DNA of 63,498 nucleotides from Opitutales bacterium (GTDB lineage Bacteria; Verrucomicrobiota; Verrucomicrobiia; Opitutales; UBA9783): NCBI GenBank assembly GCA_016286235.1, contig JAEESJ010000033.1, positions 1 to 63,498 of the forward strand, read 5' to 3'. Shown piece by piece: positions 54,774 to 63,498 of this stretch (position 1 is its first letter; each line of letters starts with the position of its first letter). The notes under the pieces were generated by a model. It saw only the letters and a program-made list of their open reading frames with translations, ran no database searches and was not told where the DNA came from. The position numbers and the translations under genes were made by a program.

Positions 54774-54802
54774 TTGACAAACATCATCACTGTTTTTAAC
54801 AT
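54774..54802 (+). promoter_or_regulatory. sigma70-type promoter TTGACA-N17-TAACAT
   Basis: TTGACAaacatcatcactgttttTAACAT. The -10 box ends 21 nt upstream of the GTG at 54824. Confidence 0.6.
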
Positions 54803-54823
54803 AGAAGGTGGACGGAAGAGGAC

Positions 54824-57800
54824 GTGTGGCGTTTTTGTAAGTATTTATTATTCGCAATCATCGGGCTTTCGGCGTTGCTGTTGATCGCGTTGCACAGTAG
54901 CTTTTTTCAGGAGTTTTGTCTGAAAACAGCGCTTAAAAGTCGCTTTCAAACGGTTCAACTCGATAACTTTCGCGGCGGAACTTCGAGCGTCATCGCCGAT
55001 CGAATCATCCTGAAAAACAAAAATGAAGCTTTCACGTTAAGCAATTTAAAACTGGACTGGAAGCCGTGGCAACTGCTCTTTAAACGCACACTGTTTATTC
55101 AAAATCTTCAACTGCAACTGTCAATCAACCTGCAACAAATCCCGACCGCTTCGACGGTTCAAACGGCAGGTGTCAGTCTTTCAAAGGATGGTTCAGATAC
55201 TTTCAGCTTTCTGCAACCGTTGCAACTGCCCGTTAAATTACACATCGATAAGGCGGATTTGCGAATTGACGGACACCTGCCGACCTGCGATCTGCAACAA
55301 TTGAAAATTCATATCCGCGGGTTGACGCCAAATGCAACGGGAACGTTGGAATACGAACTTTCCGCCGAAACACCCTTGCAACAGGCAACATTGGGCGTGC
55401 AAACGGAAGGCACCTTAAAAATTCAAACCGATGCAAAAGGAACGTTTGATACTCTTTCGCTGAACGGGAAACTGAACCTTAAAAACGGCAAAAAGAAAAT
55501 TCCTGCTCTAACGTACGATGGAAGCGTTCTGCGGGCACAGCCGTATCCGAAAGAACGCCTCCGTTTTTCATTACATTGCGGGCAAGCAAATGAGGTGACG
55601 CTTTCGGGCGAAACGCTCAAAACCGCCGATCATGAAGTCGATTTTAAGGCACAAATCCTCTTCGACCATACCTTGCCGCAACTGTTCGAAATCCCGGGCA
55701 TTCCGACGCTGTCGGTGCTCTCGGAGGGAACCTTCGATCTGCACCGCAAGACACGACGCTGGAACCATCGTCTTCATATAAGCATCTGGGCGAAAGATTT
55801 TGACACACAGACGGAAGCAACTTTGCCGGCACTCAGCCTGAAAGCGCAACTGGAAGCAGAGAGCGACGCGCAGCGGATCGACCTTAAACAGTGCAATCTT
55901 CAGCTGAAGGAGAAAGGCACCGAACGTACGTTTTTTACGGCGCATTCCCTGCAACCGCTGACGTACGATTTTAAGAGCGGATTTCGATACGCTTCCAGAG
56001 AAAACGCACAACTGTTGACCGTTGTGTGTTACGAGGTGCCGCTCGAAATTTTCAACCCTTACCTTCAAACGTACGGATATCGCCTGCAAAGCAATCTTGA
56101 CGGTGGTCAAATTTCCGTTGCGTGGAATGAAAAAGAGAAACAACTTCGCCTCGAAATGCCCGAACCGATCGTTTTAAAACTCAAAAGCCTTCAAAAAGAC
56201 GAGACGTCGATCGTAACGGACGTTCAGGGAAAATTCCAGGGGCATTGCACCGTCAATCGCGACGGCTCCGCGTTGCGATACAAAGGCGAGATTACGGTAA
56301 TTGACGCAAAACGTATACCGTTTTTTGCTTTTTCTTCGGAAGGCGCGTACCAATCCAAGACCGAAAAAACGCATTTTTCCTCCGACGGAACGCTCAATTT
56401 GAATTACTATTTAGCCAAAAACAGCCTCAATTTAGAGCCGTTTCAATGGGAAATTCATCCCGAACTGAACATCGACGCGGCTTATCAGGTGAGCAGAGAG
56501 GTTGCGAAAAACAAAAACTCATGGACGATACGGAATTTTCAAGCCGACATCGGTTCCGCCGCAACCGAGCAAATATGGGCATCGGTTCAATTTCAACAGC
56601 CTCTCACGATTGAAAATGACACTTTTATTTCCAAAAACGCACAATCTTTCGCCGACGTTCGCATTCAACAACTGCCGTTGGATGTTGTGCAACATCCGGA
56701 TATTGAACTTAAAGGAACCCTATCTTTGGAAGGTACGCTTTCGACGCAACGAGGCGCACTGCTGTGGCGGTCGAAGGCGGACGAAATCCTGACGGATGTA
56801 AAAGCATCCTTCAAGGGAGAACCTTGGATTGACCTTTCGCGCGTCTTTTCAGGCGAAGTTTTCGCAAGTTTTCACTTCAAGGACGGTTGGAGTTTGGATG
56901 TAAAAACCTTGCAGGCATACACACCTCAACAGCCCGATCCGCTTTTAAAAACCCAACTGCAATGTCGCGGGCAAAAGTCGCTCATCGCAACGGAGGGGCA
57001 ATACGACCTTTCTCTGGACGCATTGAATCAGCAACCGTTTGCATTGCCATATCCGAACCTTTACGGAACGATCTCTGGCGATTGGCATTGGGACGATACC
57101 CAAAAAACCGTTCATTCCGCCCTCGAGGCCTCCTGTACCGATTTGCCGCTTTTGGTGAACCTGCAGGCAAATTATACACTGCAACCCGATGCCGCGCATG
57201 CTTTGGACGGCGAACTGGAATTAAAACATCAAGATCACGTGAACGATCTCTCATTCCAACAACGCTTGGACGCGCAAAATCATCTCAGCGGTCATGTGGT
57301 AAGCCGACAGATTTTTCTTCAGGATCTGATCGGCATGGGGATCGGCATTCAAAAGTTGGTCTCGTCGCTCCCGAAAAAAACCGCCTCGTCGGTTCCCGAT
57401 GTGGAATCCGTGTCTGTCGCCTCTCTTGCAACGGGAAAAAGCAATATTTCTCCCTTTCGAAGCACCTGCGACTTTGAATTTCAATCTGTCGCGGATTTGG
57501 AAATACGAAATCTCCTCGGACGTTTCGAATACGACCCCGAACGCATTAATCTGGAGCTTTCGAAAGGCACTTTTTGCCAAGGTTCTTTGGAAGGCAACGG
57601 CACTTTCGCACCGCCGACCAACGATTTATCCTGCAATCTGTCGCTCAAAAACATCAACCTCGAAACACTTTGGAAACTCCCGGAAATGTTTCAATATTCC
57701 CTTGCGCCCTACGGGCAACTGAGCGGCAACGGTTCCTGCTCGTTGGAACTTTCCGGGAAATCGTCCGATCTTCAAACACTCAACGGACATTTGGATGTTC

Positions 57801-58369
57801 GCGCAACCGACGGTCTCTTTCAACCGAAACTGTCCAACACGGGGCAAGTTCTTTCGGGAGTTACAACAATATTCGGTGCCTTCACAGGGAAAATTCTTCC
57901 GAAAGCGGGTGCCGTCGGCTTCCTTTCATCATACGCCCGATCAATTCCGTTCTCGAACCTGGAACTGAATGCCGATCGCGCAAAATCGCAACCTGTTTCA
58001 TTCGCGGCAAACGTACGCAATTCAGATCTCGCCATTGAACTTAAAGGATCCGCGGAAACACGTCCGCTCACCGACTGGAAGCAACAACCTTTTACCTGTG
58101 ACCTGCAATTCCGTGCCCCGAAAAACAGCGAATTTTTAAACCATTTTTCCTTCAACCCTCAAAAAACGGACGCAAACGGATACGCCGAAGGTCCCCGTTG
58201 CACCGTCGACGGAACCCTCGGAAAACCAAATTATCTTGCTTTAACGGAACTGCTTTCACAACCGCCGATGCCGATGTCGGATGAGGGCGAACCAACATCG
58301 CAACCATCGGATGATTTACTGCAAAATCTGTTGGAGAAGCCCGTTAAGAAGTTGTTTGATTTGTTTTAA
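54824..58369 (+). CDS. AsmA/TamB-like large envelope protein
   Basis: 1181 aa. Single N-terminal TM anchor (YLLFAIIGLSALLLIAL). Long beta-rich, repeat-like body without cysteines clustering. The call rests on architecture only. Confidence 0.45.
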   Translation: MWRFCKYLLFAIIGLSALLLIALHSSFFQEFCLKTALKSRFQTVQLDNFRGGTSSVIADRIILKNKNEAFTLSNLKLDWKPWQLLFKRTLFIQNLQLQLSINLQQIPTASTVQTAGVSLSKDGSDTFSFLQPLQLPVKLHIDKADLRIDGHLPTCDLQQLKIHIRGLTPNATGTLEYELSAETPLQQATLGVQTEGTLKIQTDAKGTFDTLSLNGKLNLKNGKKKIPALTYDGSVLRAQPYPKERLRFSLHCGQANEVTLSGETLKTADHEVDFKAQILFDHTLPQLFEIPGIPTLSVLSEGTFDLHRKTRRWNHRLHISIWAKDFDTQTEATLPALSLKAQLEAESDAQRIDLKQCNLQLKEKGTERTFFTAHSLQPLTYDFKSGFRYASRENAQLLTVVCYEVPLEIFNPYLQTYGYRLQSNLDGGQISVAWNEKEKQLRLEMPEPIVLKLKSLQKDETSIVTDVQGKFQGHCTVNRDGSALRYKGEITVIDAKRIPFFAFSSEGAYQSKTEKTHFSSDGTLNLNYYLAKNSLNLEPFQWEIHPELNIDAAYQVSREVAKNKNSWTIRNFQADIGSAATEQIWASVQFQQPLTIENDTFISKNAQSFADVRIQQLPLDVVQHPDIELKGTLSLEGTLSTQRGALLWRSKADEILTDVKASFKGEPWIDLSRVFSGEVFASFHFKDGWSLDVKTLQAYTPQQPDPLLKTQLQCRGQKSLIATEGQYDLSLDALNQQPFALPYPNLYGTISGDWHWDDTQKTVHSALEASCTDLPLLVNLQANYTLQPDAAHALDGELELKHQDHVNDLSFQQRLDAQNHLSGHVVSRQIFLQDLIGMGIGIQKLVSSLPKKTASSVPDVESVSVASLATGKSNISPFRSTCDFEFQSVADLEIRNLLGRFEYDPERINLELSKGTFCQGSLEGNGTFAPPTNDLSCNLSLKNINLETLWKLPEMFQYSLAPYGQLSGNGSCSLELSGKSSDLQTLNGHLDVRATDGLFQPKLSNTGQVLSGVTTIFGAFTGKILPKAGAVGFLSSYARSIPFSNLELNADRAKSQPVSFAANVRNSDLAIELKGSAETRPLTDWKQQPFTCDLQFRAPKNSEFLNHFSFNPQKTDANGYAEGPRCTVDGTLGKPNYLALTELLSQPPMPMSDEGEPTSQPSDDLLQNLLEKPVKKLFDLF

Positions 58370-58517
58370 ACGGATTAGCGGTGCAGATGAAAAACATTTG
58401 AAAAAAATTTGCTTCATGAACAAGCGGCACCATCCCGTGTCTTATCAAAACCGAAGCTGTTGATTTTTTTAAAGCCCCCCCAAAAAAGCCATCCTCTTTC
58501 CCGCCTTCTTCCCCCTC

Positions 58518-58546
58518 TTGCACCCCACACTAATTTCCCTTATAAT
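58518..58546 (+). promoter_or_regulatory. sigma70-type promoter TTGCAC-N17-TATAAT
   Basis: TTGCACcccacactaatttccctTATAAT. The -10 box ends 20 nt upstream of ATG 58567. Confidence 0.65.
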
Positions 58547-58566
58547 GGAACTGCTCAGAACCTGTC

Positions 58567-58950
58567 ATGGAAACAAAACTCAAAACCGTCGAAAAAAAGT
58601 CAAAGAAATCCAAAAAATCCTGCGGGTGCCAAGGGAAGTGCACCTGCGAACCGAAGTCCAAAACACGAAAGGCATGTCCCCGCAGATCTACGGTTGCCGT
58701 CATAAAATGCGACGTCGGATTCGGCAATACGCTGTTTATTCGAGGCGAAGGCGCGAAGAACCTCAGTTGGGACAAAGGGTTGGCGTTGACGTTCGACGAA
58801 GAGGAACACGCCTGGTGCTTTCGCACATCCGGGAAACAACCGATTGAATTTAAGGTTTTAATTAACGACTCCAAATGGTCGGAGGGCGAGAATTTCGTTT
58901 TATCTCCCGGCAGGAAACAAACGTTCGAACCGATCTTTTTGTATGACTGA
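58567..58950 (+). CDS. small protein: Lys/Cys-rich N-terminus + CBM20-like (starch/glycogen-binding-like) beta-sandwich
   Basis: ..VAVIKCDVGFGNTLFIRGEGAKNLSWDKGLALTF...HAWCF.....PIEFKVLINDSKWSEGENFVL.. follows the CBM20 pattern G..L.I.G....L..W.....L......W.......EFK......W..G.N as remembered. Confidence 0.45.
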   Translation: METKLKTVEKKSKKSKKSCGCQGKCTCEPKSKTRKACPRRSTVAVIKCDVGFGNTLFIRGEGAKNLSWDKGLALTFDEEEHAWCFRTSGKQPIEFKVLINDSKWSEGENFVLSPGRKQTFEPIFLYD

Positions 58951-59053
58951 TACGGCTCATAACCGTCACCCGATGCGATTTTCACAATCGCAATATATCA
59001 CCCGTGAAAAAAGAAGTAGACAAACGATAAAAATTTCTATCCGCTGAAGACAG

Positions 59054-60748
59054 ATGTTCGTGTCCAAGCGTTTCGCGGTCTTCGTCTATACGGCTTCGTT
59101 TCTGTTCTTCGGTTGTTTTTTTATTTGGCCGATTTGGAAAGTCATCCAGGGCGGTTTTTTTGATGAACAAAACTGCTTCACGCTTCGTTACATTGCCGTT
59201 GTCTTCCAAAATCCCGTCTACGTTGAAGGTATTCTGAATGCACTGTGGATCGGTATCGGCTCGACCGTTCTCAGCCTCTGCCTCGCCGTTCCGCTCGCCT
59301 GTCTGTATAACAAATACGAATTTTTCGGAAAAAGAGCATTTGCCGCTGCGGTGTTGTTGCCGCTCATTCTGCCGCCGTTCGTCGGCGTGAACGGCTTTTT
59401 GCAGCTGTTTGGAACCTACGGAGCACTGAATACATTGCTCATTCGGCTCGGTTGGCTGACGCACCCCGTTGATTGGGTCGGGACGGCACCGTTGCTCAGC
59501 ATCATGGTCGTCAACGCTCTCAGTTTATATCCCATCCTATACCTGAATATCGTTGCGGCATTGGCGAATTTAGATCCGACGTTATCGGAAGTGGCGGAAA
59601 ATCTGGGCTGTCGAGGCTTTCGAAAGTTTCGCACCGTCACGTTTCCGCTCATCCGCCCGGGCGTATTTGCCGGATGCACCATTGTATTTATCTGGTCTTT
59701 CACGGAGCTCGGCGTTCCGTTGATGTTCAATTTCAATCGCGTTTTGTCGGTGCAAATTTACCACGGGCTGCGGGAAATCGGCAGCAGTCCGTTTCCCTAC
59801 GCGCTCGTCGGCGTTTTATTTGCTCTCTCGGCAGCATTCTACCTGCTTGGGAAGCGATATTTCGGAAAAAACAGCTACGCCATGCTCGCCAAAGCATCCC
59901 ACAGTCGCATGTGTCGCCGTTTGAACGTTTTTCAATCGTGCGGTTGCATGCTGATTTTCGTGCTTGTTACCGGATTGGCTTTGGCACCGCATCTGGCGGT
60001 TATCCTGTTCTCGTTCGCGAGCGACTGGTACCAAACAATTTTGCCGGTTGCTTTTACAAAGGTCAATTATTTGGCGGCACTCGGCGACTCCATCACGATC
60101 CCATCCATTCAAAATAATCTTATTTACGCTTCGGGAGCGACCGTTATCAGTATTCTGCTCGGGATTGGCGTGGCGTTTGCGGTCGTGCGCACCCAATGGG
60201 TCGGTCGCCAATGGCTCGATACCTGCGCCATGATGCCGCTGGCGATCCCGAGTTTGGTGGTGGCGTTCGGATTGCTCGCCATGACGCAGGACGGGTGCGT
60301 TTTCTCCTTTCTCAATCCGACCAAAAATCCGACCCTGTTGCTCATTATCGCCTACGCCGTTCGCAAAGTTCCGCTGATGGTGCGTTCGAGCGTCGCCGGG
60401 CTGCAACAAATTTCCGTCACTTACGAAGAAGCGGCGCAAAGCCTCGGTTGTACGGCGATGAAAGCCGCCTGTCGCATTACGGTTCCGCTGATTACCGCCA
60501 ATTTAATTGCCGGTGCCATTCTTGTCTTCTCACAAGCCATGCTGGAAGTTTCCGACTCGCTGGTTTTGGCGCAAAAAAGGGCTTTTTATCCCGTCACAAA
60601 GGCGATTTACGAGTTGATGAACTTCCTCGGAAGCGGCACCTTTCTGTCCTGCGCCTTGGGTGTTTGGGCAATGACCTTCCTTGCGGTTACCATCATCGGC
60701 GCATCGGTGTTGCTCGGGAAAAGTTTCGGATCGATTTTTAAAGTCTAA
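59054..60748 (+). CDS. two-domain ABC transporter permease (Fe3+/thiamine FbpB/ThiP type)
   Basis: 564 aa, about 12 TM segments. Two EAA-type loops (EVAENLGCRGFRKFRTVTFPLIRPG and EEAAQSLGCTAMKAACRITVPLI). No cognate ATPase or binding protein is adjacent. Confidence 0.75.
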   Translation: MFVSKRFAVFVYTASFLFFGCFFIWPIWKVIQGGFFDEQNCFTLRYIAVVFQNPVYVEGILNALWIGIGSTVLSLCLAVPLACLYNKYEFFGKRAFAAAVLLPLILPPFVGVNGFLQLFGTYGALNTLLIRLGWLTHPVDWVGTAPLLSIMVVNALSLYPILYLNIVAALANLDPTLSEVAENLGCRGFRKFRTVTFPLIRPGVFAGCTIVFIWSFTELGVPLMFNFNRVLSVQIYHGLREIGSSPFPYALVGVLFALSAAFYLLGKRYFGKNSYAMLAKASHSRMCRRLNVFQSCGCMLIFVLVTGLALAPHLAVILFSFASDWYQTILPVAFTKVNYLAALGDSITIPSIQNNLIYASGATVISILLGIGVAFAVVRTQWVGRQWLDTCAMMPLAIPSLVVAFGLLAMTQDGCVFSFLNPTKNPTLLLIIAYAVRKVPLMVRSSVAGLQQISVTYEEAAQSLGCTAMKAACRITVPLITANLIAGAILVFSQAMLEVSDSLVLAQKRAFYPVTKAIYELMNFLGSGTFLSCALGVWAMTFLAVTIIGASVLLGKSFGSIFKV

Positions 60749-61006
60749 CCTTCGCACGAAAGTTCGCTTTGAAGAAAAATTATTCGCTTAAGGAAGCGGC
60801 ATTTTTTCTCGGCGCACCCAAGGTTCCGCAAAAAACAAAGCACGTCGCGTGTGTACGTTTCGAAATGCCTCCGACCGTTACATGCTGATTTTCCAACGCC
60901 TCATGTACGTAACAGCTTTGTAACCGCTTTTTTATCTCAGACCGCAATTCGCCACGACTCCGTTATGTTTTTTCCCGGGTTTTATGAACAGTCAACCCAA
61001 CGTCTT

Positions 61007-61774
61007 TTAATAAAAAACTTCCTCCAAGAACAATCCGCACGCGGGCGCGGTCATGAGCGGATAATCTAAATGCTCCGGTCGCAATCGTTGTTCGATGAAG
61101 TTTCTGTCAATTTTCCCGACACCAACCATGACCAACGCCCCCATAATCTTCCGAACCATGCGGTAAAGGTAGCCGGAACCCGTCAACGATAAAACGAAAC
61201 GATCGTTTTCCTTAAAAATACCCGCCGATATCAACGTTTTAACGGTATTTTCGCACGGCAATACCTTCCCGGCAAAACCGCGAAAATCATGCGTTCCCTC
61301 AAAACACCGCACAGCCGCTTCCAAAAGATGCATATCAAGCTTCGAATATGGAACCGACCACACATAGCGCACTTCGAACGGATCCGCAGGTCGAAGTTGA
61401 AAATAATAATGATAACGCTTTTGATGCGCCGAAAAACGCGCATGAAACGTATCATCAACCGCTTCGACACGCGTTATGCGAACGGCAGGCAGCAAATTGC
61501 GGTTCAAAGCGCGCAACAGCGCCTCGGGATCATGCTTCCAATCCGCATCAAAATGAAACACCTGCCCGCGCGCATGTACGCCGGCATCGGTTCGACCGCT
61601 CCCGTGGATGCGAACAAAATGCTTAAAAATCGCAAACAACCGTGTCTCAATCACATCCTGCACCGCATTGCGATTCACCTGACTCTGCCAACCGCAAAAT
61701 TCGGTTCCGTCATAAGCAACGGTACATTTCCACCGCACTGCCTTATACCAACAAACCCGACATGTTGCTGTCAA
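61007..61774 (-). CDS. truA: tRNA pseudouridine(38-40) synthase
   Basis: ..VAYDGTEFCGWQSQ.., ..GSGRTDAGVHARGQVFHF.., ..SGYLYRMVRKIMG.. Exact start uncertain. Confidence 0.9.
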   Translation of the reverse strand: MTATCRVCWYKAVRWKCTVAYDGTEFCGWQSQVNRNAVQDVIETRLFAIFKHFVRIHGSGRTDAGVHARGQVFHFDADWKHDPEALLRALNRNLLPAVRITRVEAVDDTFHARFSAHQKRYHYYFQLRPADPFEVRYVWSVPYSKLDMHLLEAAVRCFEGTHDFRGFAGKVLPCENTVKTLISAGIFKENDRFVLSLTGSGYLYRMVRKIMGALVMVGVGKIDRNFIEQRLRPEHLDYPLMTAPACGLFLEEVFY

Positions 61775-61972
61775 TCAACCCGCCGACATACTCCAAACCA
61801 AAAAAAGAAACCTTCGGTGATGAATCTGCAAATTTTCAAAAAGTTACCAAAATAAACAAAATTAGACAGCTATCCCACTCTCCCAACTCCTTCCGTCAAA
61901 AAACAAAAAAATTTAACGCAAAAAACTTGACGGCGGTATCAAAGCGATTTCAATGGAAGTTGTATTGGATGT

Positions 61973-62047
61973 GCCTCGGTAGCTCAACGGTAGAGCAGTG
62001 GCCTTTTAAGCCATTGGTTCAGGGTTCGAATCCCTGCCGTGGTACCA
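61973..62047 (+). tRNA. tRNA-Lys (anticodon TTT), CCA encoded; imperfect acceptor stem
   Basis: GCCTCGG-TA-GCTC-AACGGTA-GAGC-A-GTGGC-CTTTTAA-GCCAT-TGGTT-CAGGG-TTCGAAT-CCCTG-CCGTGGT-A-CCA. The acceptor stem has G1-U72 and a U4-U69 mismatch. Confidence 0.75.
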
Positions 62048-62063
62048 ATTTCGGGTGTCGTTT

Positions 62064-62423
62064 ATGGATAAGCTGGATGCGCTTTTTGAAAAACAAGGAC
62101 AGCTTAATGTACGTATCCTCGGTACCGATGCGCAAAAAATTCTGCAAAATGCTCCCGAAGAGTGGCTCTTAAAGTTCACGCGTGCGTTACAGCAGGAAGT
62201 TGCCGAACTGGTGGATTGCGTTCCGTGGAAATGGTGGGCGCATTATCAAAAATCGGATCTCGAACACGCCAAAGTCGAACTGATCGATATTCTTCATTTT
62301 GTCATTTGCCTGGCACAAACCCTCGGGATGAGCGCCGACGATCTGTTTGATACGTACATGAAGAAAAATGCGGTCAATTTCCAACGCCAGGACGACGGCT
62401 ATTCGGAAAAGGCAAAAGAGTAA
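62064..62423 (+). CDS. all-alpha NTP pyrophosphohydrolase (dimeric dUTPase / MazG-like)
   Basis: ..LQQEVAELVDCVPWKWW.., ..AKVELIDILHFVICLAQTLG.. ATG 62064 is preferred to GTG 62055. Starts 17 nt after tRNA-Lys. Confidence 0.55.
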   Translation: MDKLDALFEKQGQLNVRILGTDAQKILQNAPEEWLLKFTRALQQEVAELVDCVPWKWWAHYQKSDLEHAKVELIDILHFVICLAQTLGMSADDLFDTYMKKNAVNFQRQDDGYSEKAKE

Positions 62424-62439
62424 CGGCTGAACGAGCGAT

Positions 62440-63255
62440 ATGTTCGGTTATTGGGTTCACAGCCTCGATCCGTTTCTCGTCAAATTCCCGTCTTCGTGGT
62501 CGATACAGGGTATCCGTTGGTACGGCGTTGCTTATTTGGCGGCTTTTATCTTCGCCTCATGGTTTCTCAAACATGAGCACGCACGCGGAAGGCTGAAACT
62601 TAACGGCACGCAACAACAAAATTTCCTTTTTGCCGTCTTTTGCGGCATGTTGCTCGGCGGACGACTGGGATATGCTTTGTTTTATAAATTCGATTATTAC
62701 ATGGCTCAACCGCTTGAGATTTTCGCCGTCTGGGAAGGCGGAATGGCAAGTCATGGCGGAATGATTGGCATTCTTATTGCCTTGTGGATTTTCGGTCGCC
62801 GTTATCATTATTCTGTTTTTTCGCTGGCGGATTTAACGGTACCGCTCGGAGCCTTTGGCATTTTTCTCGGTCGTTGCGCAAATTTTATCAACGGCGAACT
62901 CTACGGAACCATCACCGATATCCCTTGGGCGGTTATTTTCCCAAACAGTTCCCTGACACGCCACCCATCCCAACTGTATGAAGCAATCGGCGAAGGGTTG
63001 CTCTTGTTTTTTTGGAGTTTGCATTTCATTCGTAACAACACGCATTTAAAAACACATCCTGGAGTGTTGACAAACCGATTTCTTATTTATTACGGTCTCA
63101 TACGATATGTTCTTGAGCTCTTTCGCGAACCAGATGCGGAACTTATCGGTTGTTTTTCGCGCGGACAATTTTATTCGATTCTTATGGTTATTGTTGGTAT
63201 CGGATGTTGGTTGTATGTTAAAAAGTATCCGAAAGAAGGTGGTGTGTTTGGATGA
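62440..63255 (+). CDS. lgt: prolipoprotein diacylglyceryl transferase
   Basis: 271 aa. ..IRWYGVAYL.., ..GGMASHGG.., ..GRCANFINGELYG.., ..RHPSQLYEA.. Confidence 0.93.
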   Translation: MFGYWVHSLDPFLVKFPSSWSIQGIRWYGVAYLAAFIFASWFLKHEHARGRLKLNGTQQQNFLFAVFCGMLLGGRLGYALFYKFDYYMAQPLEIFAVWEGGMASHGGMIGILIALWIFGRRYHYSVFSLADLTVPLGAFGIFLGRCANFINGELYGTITDIPWAVIFPNSSLTRHPSQLYEAIGEGLLLFFWSLHFIRNNTHLKTHPGVLTNRFLIYYGLIRYVLELFREPDAELIGCFSRGQFYSILMVIVGIGCWLYVKKYPKEGGVFG

Positions 63256-63345
63256 AATAAAACTAGAGAACACAATCTGAAATTATACCAGCTATAGGCT
63301 AAAAGCTGTTGATGATGCTTTTTCACAAGAATTCATAAAACATGA

Positions 63346-63498
63346 CACTGCGTTATTAATACTTGTATCTTTGTGACAAATGTACCGTCCTACGCCTGCG
63401 TTGTCGGCAATCCCGCGCGACAAATCGGTTGGCATTGCGCATGCGGTGAAAAGTTGCATAAAACCTTGCAATGCGCCCGTTGCGGGTTACGGTATCAA
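63346..63498 (+). pseudogene. 5'-truncated remnant of a hexapeptide N-acetyltransferase (WbpD-like C-terminus); runs off the window
   Basis: The frame opens right after TGA 63343-63345: HCVINTCIFVTNVPSYACVVGNPARQIGWHCACGEKLHKTLQCARCGLRYQ. This resembles only the last ~50 aa of such enzymes (..DVP.YA.VVGNPARQIGW..). Upstream is A+T-rich non-coding sequence. Confidence 0.4.

Noticed and set aside
54472-54780. 102-aa minus-strand ORF, and a 38-codon hydrophobic plus-strand ORF, in the CPBP/AsmA spacer
   Set aside because: The minus-strand ORF runs through the terminator hairpin and has no start context. The plus-strand ORF would need a TTG start and also spans the terminator. The region is better explained as a non-coding RNA or regulatory spacer.
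61642-62172. 176-aa plus-strand ORF; also 7490..7756
   Set aside because: They read through tRNA-Lys and tRNA-Arg genes respectively.
1-63498. CRISPR arrays, IS elements/transposases, integrases, prophage blocks, rRNA, tmRNA, RNase P RNA, SRP RNA
   Set aside because: I scanned for regularly spaced direct repeats, recombinase-like translations and the signature strings I remember (GGAAGCAGCC-type SRP, AAAGTCCGGGC-type RNase P, tRNA-like tmRNA 3' end). None were found. The only tandem repeats are coding (63-bp and 18-bp) or microsatellite.
1-63498. A dedicated secretion system (T3SS/T4SS/T6SS) that could deliver the effector-like proteins
   Set aside because: No component was recognised in this window. 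Only Sec-type signals (and secA/ftsY) are visible, so the delivery route is unknown and the effector interpretation remains a hypothesis.

Overview
This is a 63.5-kb chromosomal stretch from an unidentified diderm bacterium. Evidence for a diderm: LPS heptosyltransferase, O-antigen-ligase-like protein, AsmA/TamB-like protein, Lgt and a beta-barrel OMP. Many genes lack a Shine-Dalgarno sequence, and a few clean sigma70-type promoters are visible. I cannot assign a taxon by eye. All homology calls come from reading the translations against sequences and motifs I remember; no search was run.

Backbone: about 40 housekeeping genes, including ruvX, secA, rpmG (below the ORF-track cutoff), mgtE, folD, priA, rho, fabD, lepA, nth, fabV, nusB, ftsY, mcsB-like + clpC, cysS, ogt, tsaE, truA and lgt. 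There are four tRNAs: Arg-ACG, Arg-UCG, Arg-CCU and Lys-UUU. I saw no rRNA, CRISPR array, transposase, integrase or dedicated secretion apparatus.

Accessory genes: scattered between the core genes are orphan genes that look more A+T-rich by eye (not computed). Most have Sec signal peptides and strongly charged tails.
- The stand-out is a 991-aa secreted protein (36653..39628). It carries an exact CCHC zinc-knuckle, two canonical IQ (calmodulin-binding type) motifs, three near-identical tandem 21-aa LAKKLQAEYDAED units (MIU-like ubiquitin-binding helix pattern) and a duplicated orphan C-terminal domain.
- Two tandem paralogues (19220..20586) have Cys/His knuckles and NLS-like basic tails.
- A 516-aa secreted protein has an E/K-rich tail.
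- A 94-aa protein has 14 Cys in 42 residues.

Together these suggest a eukaryote-associated lifestyle with a host-directed effector repertoire. This is a hypothesis.

Other notable points: a stand-alone Abi_C/HEPN-type abortive-infection gene; McsB-like and PFK-like proteins whose catalytic signature motifs look degenerate; Rho with a ~195-aa low-complexity N-terminal extension containing an AT-hook-like RGRP; a C10 tract beside a perfect 14-bp bidirectional terminator upstream of the LPS heptosyltransferase; an orphan intrinsic terminator (sRNA or leader candidate) at 54727..54756; and two unusually long non-coding stretches (23737..24687 and 39629..40977).
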